A stretch of 49,572 bases of DNA from Paramecium tetraurelia (taxonomy: Eukaryota), in contig CT868042.1 in NCBI GenBank assembly GCA_000165425.1, positions 186,001 through 235,572 on the forward strand, written 5' to 3'. Within the stretch, counting starts at the first letter, position 1, and every line of letters begins with the position of its first letter. The notes beneath the pieces were generated by a model. It was not told the DNA's origin, did no database searches, and was given only the letters and a program-made list of their open reading frames with translations. The position numbers were made by a program, and so were the translations under genes. This document shows, in pieces, positions 37,250 through 49,572 of this stretch.

Positions 37250-38394
37250 ATGTAATTATTTTAGAGGTGCCTAGTGGCTAGATTTTCATTAGCCATCCCT
37301 AAATTCAAGCATAAAGAATAGCCTTATGTTAAAGATATTCCCATGCCTAAAAGACCTAAACTTGACCCTAAAGACCCCTATGAGAAATATGAACTGGTGA
37401 AACCTCGTGAATATGAATTCAGACAGGCTTTAGGTATGACCCAATGTCAAATCAAATAGATGAAAGACATACTAAAAATTTCTATCCAGGCACTACTTAT
37501 GTTGCAGTCCATAAAGGTGGAATCACTTATCACTTGTTTGATGCATCAAGATTTCCCTATGGCAAGATGTGTTCAAAAATTGCCTACCATTTGAGTGGAA
37601 AACATAAACCCACCTTTCGTAATAATGAACCTGGCAAAGTCACAGATAAATTTATTATTGTCAATGGTTGTAACATGTATTTGACAGGCAAAAAAATCAA
37701 TTATAAAGTCCTTACTTATCATACAGGCTATGTCGGACATTTAAGATAAATAAAATTCAGAGACCTAATCCTTCAAAAACCAGAATAATTAGTAATTTAG
37801 TCTTTGAATGTAGGTTGCTTGGACTGTTTCCAAAATGTTACCAAATAATGTTTACAGAATGGATAAACTAGATCATATCCATCTTTTTAGAGGCAGATTT
37901 CATACCTTTGATGATATTTTGCCCCAAATCTTACCTCACCATACTGATTTTGAATATCGAGGAAGCATTTTATAAGATATGAAAGAAGGTGATGATAGAA
38001 CTCTTCTATTCACCAGCAAACCTGTCTCATAGGAGTAGAGTACATTATTAAGTTATTCATAGTCAAATAGGATCTCGGGGATATTAAGTAGCAAATCATG
38101 GACCCAAGCGAATTGGATAATGACCTAATATTCACACCTTTTGTTGAAAGACCATAGAAGATTAAACTTAATATGACTTAACATGAATATGATAAACTAA
38201 ATAGAAGAAGAAAGCGATTGATGTAGAGATACAGAAAATATATGCCTATTCCTTACAGAAATACCATAGAAAAAGCAGATTTTACGAAGAGTTATGTTGT
38301 TAAATCGGAGAAATAATTAAATAGATTGGGACTATAGAAAATTAAGCCATTAGACGACGATCCAGAATTAGAAGACGAAACAACTAAATTCTGA
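37250..38394 (+). CDS. MRPL13: Mitochondrial ribosomal protein uL13m with N- and C-terminal extensions
   Basis: Presequence-like MQLFQRCLVARFS, then the L13 core HLFDASRFPYGKMCSKIAYHLSGKHKPTF...DKFIIVN...LTGKK...YHTGYVGHLR...KMLPNN. Confidence 0.88.
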
Positions 38395-38799
38395 GAGTAT
38401 TTTAATAAAAAATAAGTTATTTATAACAATTTTATTCAATAATTTAAATTTAATTCCAAAATCTACAGTACGAACATAATGCAATATCTATTATATTGCT
38501 ATTTTTATTATGGTTCTCGTCCGATTTTCTACTTAAATTAATTTCATTTTCTTTAAATTACTTTCTTTTTTCGTTTTATTCTTATTGTAAAGATATTTTT
38601 AACCTACTTAATAAGGGCTAATGTTAATTTTATAAAAAACATATGTTTCAGCTTTTCCATTCTTCATCTTTGTTTATTGTAGACAATTGTCTTGAATTTC
38701 ATTTAAGAACTCTTTCAATTACTTACTGAAAATACATTTTATCAAATATTTAAAGAAATCCCCCTTTATAAAAATTGATTACCTATAAATTCAAATAAA

Positions 38800-39700
38800 A
38801 GTAAATGTCTAAGAATACTTAAGTTGAAGTTGAAGGAAAAGTTTTACCTTCAGATATCCATTTTCTGGTTAATAGCTTGCTAATATCTCTGCATGAATGG
38901 TTTATGGCTAGAGTTTTGAAATTGGCTATTAAAATAGCAGCTTGAAATATCTATTTAGGCTTCATGATCTTAAATCCACTAATGAAACAGCTCAAGGATA
39001 ATGAACAAGGTCCGGTTATTAAAAAGGATTTTAACATGATTTTACCCGTGATTCTACATATTTTATTGAGTTTATGTAGGACACGCCTACATAAGTAGAC
39101 CTTTAGATAAAAAATAAACGACAGGATTACACAGAGATTTAAAGATATTTAGATATTGATAATCATGATAACATAGAAATACTTAGAGAGGATTATTTAT
39201 AGAAACATTCAATATATGATAAAGAATTTCAAAATCTTTCTGAATGAATTAGACTTCAAATATTTGTACATCTTACTAAACCATGAATTGTAAATATAAA
39301 TCATAGACGAAAATTAATGGATAATTCTAATACATCTTCGAAAGTCATCAAAAAGAATAAGTTAAACTCAGGGAGGATAATAAATAAATTATCTAGAAAC
39401 ACCTGTTCTTTTGAAATCTTAAAATTAAAATATTTGGAGGTGAAGATGAAAAGAGTGTGTTTATAAGTGTAACTTTGGGAGAAATGAAATTTGGCGAATT
39501 AATTAGTTGATTCAGAAATTTGGTAATAGTAACAGTAACAGTAACTTTTACAGATAAATTCAAGTCGCTACTTTCAAGATATCGTAATATCATAAATTCT
39601 TAAATTTTAAAATATTAAGAGGTCAACAAAAGATAAAGCAATTTCACTTTAGGAGATGAAGAATTTTCAAAGATTGCTTTGGTAAACAAGAAAGAACAAG
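38800..39700 (+). pseudogene. Decayed coding remnant, possibly protein-kinase-like; boundaries approximate
   Basis: Coding-like fragments (VEVEGK, LAIKI, RIIYRNIQ) in shifting frames with several TGA stops; no intact ORF. Confidence 0.25.
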
Positions 39701-40360
39701 AATTAAATTTGTAAGATTAAAAATCAAAAATAATAATTGTTGAAAGAATCTTCAAGTATAAAATTATCCAATTTAGCTTCTAATTGTAAAAAAGTCTCAA
39801 GAGATATTCCTCAAAATAATGATATTTATTAGAAGGAAGATTGTAAACAAAATCTGACACATTTCTAAATAACACATTTATTTTCAAAATTTTCAACAAA
39901 TTATGATTTTGTTTAAGAACATTCATTTCTTAAGAGTTTATTAATCGGAGAAAGTAATTTTTTCAAATTTAAACACACTGATATAATAATCAAAATATTG
40001 TAATTACATAAAATTCAGATTCATTTTAGAATAAAATATCAATTATAAATTAATTATTCTAAATCATTTATAATTGATTAATCAAAAAATTGTATAATTC
40101 TTGTTAACCATAACATAAATTATAACAAATTACAGCAATTCTAATCTTTCTGTCTTAAACAAATTTAAGAAATATTCATTGAATATATCCATTCGATTAT
40201 ACTTTTGACTCATAAACCTTATTTTTATTCCTTATGCTCAACCATTCAAATACCAAAAATAATAAAATTTGAAATAATTTATCATAACCAATATATAATA
40301 GAATATTTTTTTGTATAAAAATAGGCTTCCCTATATTGTTTTTATTTATTTTAACTACAT

Positions 40361-40756
40361 ATGTTAGTTTATAGTGTACCAAAAGGAGGACTCAATAAGG
40401 GAGTAATAATACCATTAATATTCTAATGTCCTTAAGAATGTGTATGTAAATCTTCTAAACCAACTCAAGCTTGGTATCATAAAAAATGTGGAGACCCTTC
40501 TTTCATAACCGAAAATGGTGACATTCTATGTAAAAATCACTTAAAGGACTGTTCAGGATATTTTATTCAAGATGCCTTTTTTTAATGCAATAAGGCACGC
40601 CAATCTAACACCTGGTATTAGCATAAATCAAGATCGTAACTTTTAATGGCATTATCATTTGCTTTAAATGCAGCTGAGCATAATCTTGATTAAAATGCCC
40701 TTAATTAATTTACGAAAAACATCCTTGATTCGGTGCAAAAAAGATTCCATAATTGA
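40361..40756 (+). CDS. 131-aa Cys/His-rich putative metal-binding protein
   Basis: Intronless: ...FQCPQECVCKSSKPTQAWYHKKCGDPSFITENGDILCKNHLKDCSGYFIQDAFFQCNK... followed by an amphipathic helical C-terminus. Confidence 0.8.
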
Positions 40757-41981
40757 CTTTTGGAAATTATATAATTGTTAGATCATTTAATAATCATTTT
40801 TTTTATTAAAAGATGAAGTATCTAAATTTCAATTTAATACGTATATCAGTTGATAACCTGTTTTATTTCAATAATTGTGCTATTTTTAAATAATTTACGT
40901 TAATAAAGCCAATTATTTCTCACTCTCTCTATATCTTCATCTATCATGACCAAAGAGGAAAATGATAAAGAATTTGTAAATATTGAGGAGATGTAATCAA
41001 TTTAACTGAAAATTGTGTTGTTAAAAAATTTTTTTGATTTAATTTACCACTCGCAAATTTTTGAAATTGTCTTCAATAATATTAAAACTAAAAATTTGAA
41101 TAATTTACGAGTAATCATAATTACTTTTTTGAAAATTGATGAGAATTCTAAATCATACTATCAGAAATTTTTCACAATCATTTAAAATATAAAGTTTGTT
41201 CTTCAATATAAAAATTGTTTCACTTTCATATTGAATTCTGATTAATTTCAAAACTGCAAACTTGATAATATTGGGAAATTTTAGCCAAAATTTTATATTT
41301 TTCAAAATTCAATTTAGAAAATATACACTACCCAAATAACAGTCTATCTGTGGTAAAGGACTTCTAAATATTGTAATATTTATAATGCTCAAAATACTCT
41401 TAGCTTTTAATATTAAAATGTAAATGATGAGCCATTTTTCAAAAAAAATTGACTTCCAATATATTAATTTTACCTATTTACTGATACAATTATATTAATC
41501 TTTAATTCGGAAGATCAGAACCCTCTAGAATTTATTGAAATATTCCTACCTATTTTTGTATTTCAGTAGTATATCTTAATTATTTGTAGTCTTTTTACCT
41601 TTTATTCATCTTATTTCATTAATATCAAAAAAATAAAAATCACATTAACCACCTTCAAACCATTTTTTATTTTCTTTATAAAATCCAATTATTCATTTTC
41701 CAACAGTCTCAAAAATAGTATTTTCTTCTATATATTCAAATTTTTTTAATTCTTTAAGATTTTTATTATAGATGATTTGGACTAAAATTAATCTTTATTA
41801 TTAAAGATTTTAATATCATCATAACTATTCACCTTATTATTAATATTTTTAACTTTTCTATATAATATTTTTGAAACAGTTGCCTTAGTAATTAATGGGA
41901 GACAATTATTTTAAAGGAAACAAAAGTACACTCATTATTATGATTTTATTAAAATAAAAAAGAGATATATTTATAAAAATT

Positions 41982-44900
41982 ATGATAATACTTTTCATTA
42001 TAATCTCTACAACTCATCAAACTGTGATTTATGAGTTTAATGCAAATTCGAACATTATAGATAGTGGTAATCATATAATTTATATTTATATTTTAGTATG
42101 GCAAAATAATTATAATTATGCTCAAATCCAGATTTGTGGAGGGATTCATTATTATGGGGCATCTAGTTATAGTTACATTAGCAGGATCTTTTTAGATCTA
42201 GAATCTCACTCTCATTTTATTATGGATGCTCAATTTCTAAGGTATTTATTATTCCTTAATTACAAAAGTATTGATTCAAACTATCAAACCTTTATTTAAT
42301 TAGACTCTTGGACATAATATTCAGAACCTTTGATATCACCTTAAGGTTCAATATGTAGCGGCCCCAGCATTGAAAATATCAGAAGTTATTCTATAACTTA
42401 TAAACACAACAGAGGAAGCTTTTGGATTTATTTTCGATCGTATAGTGGAGGATTAATGTCATTAAAATTAACCATGATTAAATGTTAGTATGAATCAGCT
42501 GCATGCATAGACAATTATCATATAATTGGTTTAAAATGGAAAGCTCATTAATATTCATTAAATGAGAAAGATGTAACACAATAAGAAGGATGGACTTTTT
42601 AATTAAATTATTGGAATAACTTTTATTGTGGAAATTGCAAATTTTTGAAATTTTTGAAAGTTAAATATTAAACTGAACTACCTCCTCATCAAGATGTATT
42701 AATAAGGTTTTTAAAAAGTGAATATCTGACTACAGTAGAAGTAGATTACTAATATGATAAAGAAACTTTTAGTAATTGTTACTACATACAAATATTAATA
42801 AGAAACCATCATAATCCTATATTGAAGCTGATTCTTCAATCCCCAATAGAATTAGAATATAATCAAATAAGAGATTTTGAAGTATTTTATACTGAGCAAG
42901 AAATAAAATTTAAGAATTTGAATGAAGGTTGTTTAGAATAAATAGATGATAATTGTTTGATTTGCCAAGAAGGTTGGACTTAAGAAGAATTTCTAGAAAA
43001 ATGTCACCCAATTTGTGGAGATGGAATAATTCAAGGTTAAGAAGAATGTGATAATCTAATATCTAATCATTCTTGTTACCAATGTAAATATTCCTGCATT
43101 GAAAATTGTTAAATTTGTTAATTTGGAACTTGTCTATCATGCGTAGAGGGATTTGTAATCAATGCAAATTTTAATTGTGATCCTTTGTGCGGGGATGGAA
43201 ATTTGACTCCTTATACAGTTGAACAATGTGAGCTGGCTGTTAATGGTGTATGGGATGGTTGTTAGGAATGCAGATCTCTTCCAATTGCTAATTGTAAAAC
43301 CAATCACTTATCATTTTGCTTAGAATGCGAATTAGGATTTTAAATGTTAGAAAACGCTTGTTCTCCTTATTGTGGAGACAAATTAATTCTATAATAATAT
43401 GAGGAGTGTGATGACGGAAATTTTCAACCTTATGATGGTTGTTATTAATGTAAGTTTCAATGCATTGAAGATTGCAATATATGTGATCAAGGATAATGCA
43501 TTTTAAAGTGCGAGGATGGATACAAGTTTGTAAATAACAAGTGTCTCTCAGTTTGCGGAGATTCAATTGTCACAAAAGAAGAAGAGTGTGATGATGGCAA
43601 TACGATTAAATTTGATGGTTGTTTTCAATGCGAGTATTCTTGCCCAGAAAATTGTTATGTTTGTTATCAAGGTACTTGTTTAGAGTGCAATGATCAATAC
43701 TAATTACTAAATTCAAATTAATGTTAAAAATAATTGCATTGTGGAGATGGATTTATTTAGGAATAAGAGGAATGTGATGATGGTAATTCTTTTGCAATTG
43801 ATGGATGCAATGATTGTTTAATTGAATAGAATTGGGTTTGTATCACAATGGAAAAAAATTCCCCTAGTTAATGCACATTTCTCAAAGCTCCAAGCTTTTT
43901 TATTAATTATTTAAATATGACATCAAATAAATAATATGTAAGCATCCAATTTAATTAATAAGTAAAAATATACACTGCTAATCCATTATCAGAAACGTTA
44001 AATTTTGAATTATTAGATATAGACAAGAAATAATGGAATAGCAGCTTATTTATAATATAGGATGTTGGATCGTATTCGAGTTTTGGAGAATATATAGTTG
44101 AAATAGAAGTTTACCAATTACTCAAATTTCGACCCGTCTTGAAAATTTTAGTAAATCAGAAAGTAGCTAACGCAGATAATGCTGTTTTGGATGATTTTGA
44201 AAAATAAATTACATTGTAATATCCAAATTATCTCAATGATATGCAGAAGGATTATTCTTATAGTTTGAAAAGTCTTAATCAATATTTAATTTATATTTTA
44301 TCAGGAATTACTATTATGAGTTTGTTATTAGGAAGTGCGGAACTATTTGTTGAGATTTTGGCAATCCTTTAATTTTAGCAATACTTAAGATACATCAATT
44401 TATAATTCCCTGAAAATTTAGATATTTATTTTTCTATGAATAATCTGATAACTGTTTAACCTCTTTTGGAATTTATGTATTTTCCAAAATTTTTATAGTT
44501 GATTGATATTGAGTCGAATTAAGAATATTCTGATGGAAAATTTATTTTTTACAAACAAAACTCAAGCTTGATCATCAATCTTTCGTGCTAAATATTTTAA
44601 AGTATAATATTTTTATTTCTTATTTTGTTGCATCATTGGATTAAAAGATTGCTGTATAAATGGATATTTTGTCCTAGGTACTTTTATTACACGTCCTCAC
44701 TATCATTATATTTAAATCGAAAAATTATTTTTAAAATTAGTTAAATCTGTTATAATTTTTGCCTGGATTTACTAAATTTGGAGAAATTTCTGTCTTTTTA
44801 AGGACTGTAAAAAGTATTACTCCTCAATGGTTGGGATATGATATTTAAAACATTATTGTATACACGAAGCTTCTAAACGAAAAATTACCTAGATATTTTA

Positions 44901-45404
44901 CAGCTCTTTATGGTAAGTATAATACTACTTCTCTACTTTAATATCTTACTAAATTTTTTCAAATGTAATTCTATAATATCAAAAGTGACAAAAAATCAAA
45001 GGTTCGAAATTCTAAGCTTTGGCAGATAATTTTTCTTTCTAATATTTTTGATCTATATTTAACACTCACCAATCCTTTAGTTAGGATTACTATTCTTAAC
45101 AAGCTTATTATAAACTATATTTCTTTATAATTATCGTCGTACTTTTAATAAAAAGAATTATATTGTATCTATGGTGGTTGAGATATCAGTAATTACTTTT
45201 ATGCTTAGTTCATTTTTGTACATCTAGGAGTTTAATGAATATTTTTATTAAGAGAAAAAGATTGTATTGGGATGGATTCAAGCAGTCATACTATCTGCAG
45301 GCATAATTATAGAATTAATTTCAATCCTTATAGGTTTAAAATCAAAATTTAAATTAATGTTCAAAGAAAAACAACCAGTTGCTAAGAATCCATTATTTAT
45401 TTGA
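41982..45404 (+). CDS. Surface membrane protein with signal peptide, 5 Myxococcus-type Cys-rich repeats (DUF4215-like) and multi-TM C-terminus
   Basis: Signal peptide MIILFIIISTTHQ. Repeats CGDG..QEECD, CGDGNL..EQCE, CGDK..EECDDGNFQPYDGC, CGDS..EECDDGN..FDGC and CGDG..EECDDGN..IDGC. Then LQFQQYLRYINLQFPENL and several TM helices; two 5' introns. Confidence 0.88.
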
Positions 45405-47189
45405 ATAATATGAAATGATGAATTAAATCAAAATTGAAAGAATTTAAAAGATATTAATATTTCATCAGAATCTGATTATAAATAATTGAAATTAAATATA
45501 GAATTTAAGTTTACACCTAATTAAAATACAATAAATATAAAGAAATAGATTTAATTTTTAACTCCTTTTAAATTATAGGTTCTTCTGTTAATTTTAGTTC
45601 TGTAATGAGGAACTAATATTGGAATATTCCCATAAATAAATGTGAAGAGATCCAAGTATTTTTGAATTATTTTTTGTAAGCTTAACTGTATTAGCCTTAA
45701 ACTATTATAGTGGTTGTTTCTATTAGATAATTTAAAAAAGATATTATAAAAAAAACGTTAAAAATTATTACCAGTAAAAATAAAGTATACTTCTTTTCTA
45801 ATATAGTTCTTTTTAAAGAAAATAAGTACAAAATTTCTATCTCAAAGACTTTAACACTAAAAAATGTGAAATATCTATTTTACATAAATAGCAAAAATAA
45901 AGTTAGAAAAAAAGAGATTTATTTAATCTGAAGAAAGATATCGGATAACAATTAGCATAATTTGAATAAGTGAGCTTAGAGATGAAGATGAGAAGTTTAT
46001 TTTCATACTTTAATAGTAAATAGATTTTTCTAATTATAAATAAAAACGACTCTAGGTTTGTAAAATTTTCGTTTTGTGTCAACAAAATTCATAAATTTTT
46101 TTCATTATAGTTAATCTCTTTATCTGGTGTTAAAGTTATGTTTATGAATTAAATTTCAAACATTATTTTAGTCAAGCTTTCAATTCCATAAAGGAAATAT
46201 TGTTTTGATAATCAAATGTGAGCCTTTATATGCCTGAATCCCATTCAGTCATGACAGCATCAATATCTTTGAGTCAAGTAAGCTTTGGTCATTATTAATT
46301 TATAAAGTTTTTATTTAATTTTGATCGAAGTATTCTACCGATCAAGAAGAAGGATCTTGGCAAAATTTGTTCTCGATCATTTATTTTCACCTTTTTGACT
46401 TTCTTTATTACATGAATCTAAATCAAGTTCTTGAACCTGCTGAAATTCAATTAACTCTCATTTTAGAACTACAATAGCTTGACTTGCTTTAAATCCTGAT
46501 TTAAAATATTTATTTTTTGGTTACAATATCATTAATAATTAATAATCAGTAACTAAACTTTAGCGAAATGTTAAATATTAATAAAGGCTTAATTGGTTTG
46601 TTTAAGGACATAAATGAATTAAAAAGTTATTGTGCACAGCACTTTCACTAAAAATGCTGTTGTTTTCTTTAAAGGTTACACAAGTTGCGACTTAAAAGAT
46701 ATTTAAATACTTTTTAGAAAATTAAGAAAATTTGAAAATTTAAAAAAAATTAACACCATTTTTTTTGAGCCATAATCGTAAGAGTTTGATTCTAATCCAC
46801 AAATCAATCATTCGTATCAAATTCTATTTATTACTAGTCTCTCACTATTGATACATCCAAAGATTTATATCCATGTGTACATTTATTTGGTACATGTAAA
46901 GTAGAGATATTGAATTAAGTGTTCAAATGAACATTTTTTGGTGAAAATCTATAAATATTTATTTCAGTTTAATATCATTATTAGTAATTTTTTAATATCA
47001 TGTTCTACCAATTAGTATTCTTTCGATATATAGTATCCAATTTAAAATATTATATATTTATTAAAAAAAGGAAAATATATCCCATTTGAGAATTAATTTT
47101 GTAATTTATCCTTGTTTGTAATTAGGCTAAAGTAATTCTTTTCTGACAAAATTTGGAAATTCTATTCTCAAACTTATAATAAATTTATA

Positions 47190-47689
47190 TTAAGATATTG
47201 CTCTCGTATGCAATCTAAGTCGAGAATAATTATCATTTGGAACTTGTATTTAATATTAGTTCTTATGAGATATTATTAGCTATGTACAAAATGATTAAAG
47301 CAATCAAAGCCTTCAGTATGTATAATCCTTCATTCCGAACTTTGCTAATACTTAACTTAAATATGGTCATTTGCGAAGTCCTAATTAATTATCAGATTTA
47401 TAAGCCGATCATATTACTATATAAAGCTGTAGATGGATGCATCTCAATTAGAAATGCAAATTTGAATGCTCGGCTAAATCAACTGACGATTATACGATGG
47501 CTAATACACCTGTAATACTTGAAATCCTTTTATGAGGATGAAAACTTAAGCATATGTACATTATGTTATAAAAGCAAACTGGATGTATTCATCAAATGAT
47601 GTGCACATAGACATGATAAAATTCTTCCTATTCCCTATAGAGCATAGCCTGCTTATTGCATTCTACCCTAAAATCATTACTTACTTTGT
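47190..47689 (+). pseudogene. Possible decayed Cys-rich surface-protein remnant next to the assembly gap
   Basis: Fragments such as FYEDENLSICTLCYKS and LSFGTCI occur in broken frames. Confidence 0.3.
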
Positions 47690-47839
47690 NNNNNNNNNNN
47701 NNNNNNNNNNNNNNNNNNNNNNNNNNNNNNNNNNNNNNNNNNNNNNNNNNNNNNNNNNNNNNNNNNNNNNNNNNNNNNNNNNNNNNNNNNNNNNNNNNNN
47801 NNNNNNNNNNNNNNNNNNNNNNNNNNNNNNNNNNNNNNN
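47690..47839. other. Assembly gap (150 N)
   Basis: Run of N. Confidence 1.
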
Positions 47840-48639
47840 GATGGCTTACCAATGGATTTAAGGAAAGATATTTATAGTATTTATTACAGTAAGTGAAAAA
47901 ATATACTTCAGCACTAGGTGCTTTAATCTTGAATCCAGGTATTTATTAATTATCAAATTTGGAATGAATATTCTAAAAATGAGAGTTTTCAGCTACTTAA
48001 GAGGTTTTGAAGTTGTCTTTTTTGCTTTATTTAAATTTATACTGCCTTTGTGGCTCAGTGATATAAACTAATCGTTAAGAATAATCCAAATTAAATTCAT
48101 TTTATGATGATCTAAAGATCCACAAATAATAAGATATGGATTGAATCTCGATTGGCTAAATAATGGTTAAAAATAGAACTGAGGGAGGATAAATTTATCA
48201 AATTGGGTTTAATTATTAAATTACTACTCTGGATTTTGACAATGAACACTGGATGCAATAAGATAGTCTCATTTATTTTACTATAACTAGTTTAATTGAT
48301 TTAATTCTCTTAAAGGGAATCTTGTGCTTTGAGTTTGAAATTGTTAATAATTTTTATATCTAATGTTTAGAGCTAATTGATCAAACTGATATTATTTTTC
48401 TTACTCTTAACTCTGAATTGAAGCAATTTTAAAAGCCACTAGTGAATTCTAATATTTTAAGAAAGGCGGAAATTTAATTTTAGCTTTTTTTGTTCCTTTT
48501 AAGTTGTAATCTCATCCTAATGGAAAGTGATGAATCTTATGAAATAATCATTGTATTTAATCTAGAGCTCTATAAATAAGTGATCAAAATTGATTCTGAA
48601 AGAAAGAAATAATAATAATGTTTGATGATAAATCATGTG

Positions 48640-49346
48640 TCATTGTTGACGGCCTCTGCGTATGGCAAGGTCAACACTTGCTATGCTGAAGTGTTTGAAT
48701 ATCTCTTATTTGTCCCAGATCTTGGCACATAAGGGGCAGATCGTTTTCTCCTCGTAGGATAATCTCATTAATCCGTGGATCTAAATAATTTTATTTAGGT
48801 GTTTTAGTATCATCTTTATTTCCTCCAATGGTTCTTTAGTTACTCTGAAGTATCTCTCAATATCTTTATCCTTCAATATTCTAAGCTCTATCACTCTGTT
48901 ATTTATCGGGTTTTTATAAGGCACGTACATTATTATGTTGGGTTCGTAGTATGCTACATTTAAATACCCCAAGCATTCCTTAGTTACATTTCTGATCTAT
49001 TCGTTACTCTCTGCCTTTATGAATTCCAGTTCTCCCATTATCAATTGTTTCGCTTTATTAAACTCATTTCTTCTGCTCACCGTAAAGTCCTCCGCAAGTC
49101 TCAAGTTAGATTACAAGTGTTCAAAGTTAAGTTTCAAGAACAGTTTAAGGTACTCGCAAACTTGACAAGCCCATCAGGGAATACCTCCCTCGGAAGAATT
49201 AGTTCATCTCTATCCTCTCCTAGACTTTCGGCAAGGTTAATCACTTCCTCAATTATCTTAATATCCTTGAGGAGCTCCTCTTTGTGTTAGCCTTAGGACC
49301 ACACCTGAGACTCGACATTACTACTTCTTTTTTCCTCATATATCAT
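48640..49346 (-). CDS. Hypothetical protein with C-terminal CxxC...H motif; frame discontinuity near 49155
   Basis: The 5' part reads MIYEEKRSSNVESQ...LVKFA. The 3' part EYLKLFLKLNFEHL...TICPLCAKIWDKQEIFKHF...RGRQQ* is in a different frame. Confidence 0.55.
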
Positions 49347-49572
49347 GATCTAATATTTTGCTATTTATCATCCAAAAATATTCAAATATTATTATCCTAA
49401 ATCATAATTTGATCCACCACTATATTTTAAATTATAAATTAATACATCGTTTTAAATCTGTTTGTTCCATTCTTGAGAAAATAAATATCCCATCTGCTTC
49501 ATTTTTATACCTGCTTTATAAAGATGGACGCGACTAGGCTGCATTCACAACTATCGATGGCTTATAGGTATG

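Noticed and set aside
45414..45476. ATGATGA...CTGA box C/D snoRNA-like pair
   Set aside because: It lies in the immediate 3' UTR, has no convincing terminal stem or recognisable guide, and such motifs are common in AT-rich DNA.
47583..47877. ORFs containing poly-X
   Set aside because: Artefacts of the 150-N assembly gap.
1157..49290. Most ORFs in the supplied six-frame track (e.g. 5998-6432+, 23322-23840-, 25907-26203+, 33006-33260-)
   Set aside because: They were computed with TAA/TAG as stops. Many are hydrophobic antisense shadows of real coiled-coil genes or fragments between Gln codons.
49360..49572. Partial gene at the right edge (open frames on both strands; VVNAA macro-domain-like peptide)
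   Set aside because: Too short to determine the strand or product.

Overview
This is AT-rich, very gene-dense eukaryotic DNA from a ciliate macronuclear genome, most consistent with Paramecium. TAA and TAG read as Gln, TGA is the only stop, and introns are tiny (about 21-30 nt, GT...AG). The supplied ORF track uses the wrong code, so I re-translated genes by hand with the ciliate code; some internal exon boundaries are approximate. About 25 protein genes are supported: a BRO1-domain protein, an LSm14-domain protein, two MORN-repeat proteins, an F-box protein, a TauE/SafE exporter, coiled-coil proteins, a compact ABCA transporter, a diverged tandem paralog pair with KH-like units, RBM42, an EF-hand protein, a GBP-like GTPase with a CaaX box, a DHHC palmitoyltransferase, a cNMP-binding protein, a degenerate kinesin, a RING-H2 protein, a VAP-like protein, a PABPN1-like protein, mitochondrial uL13, a small Cys/His-rich orphan, and a Myxococcus-type Cys-rich-repeat membrane protein. 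There are also decayed gene remnants and a 150-N gap. The most notable observations are the uncharacterised paralog pair (14806-20136) with conserved 3' intron structure, an ATGA stop/start overlap, three 20-23 nt head-to-head spacers, and an ABCA transporter lacking both extracellular domains. No tRNA, rRNA, CRISPR array or intact transposon was recognised.
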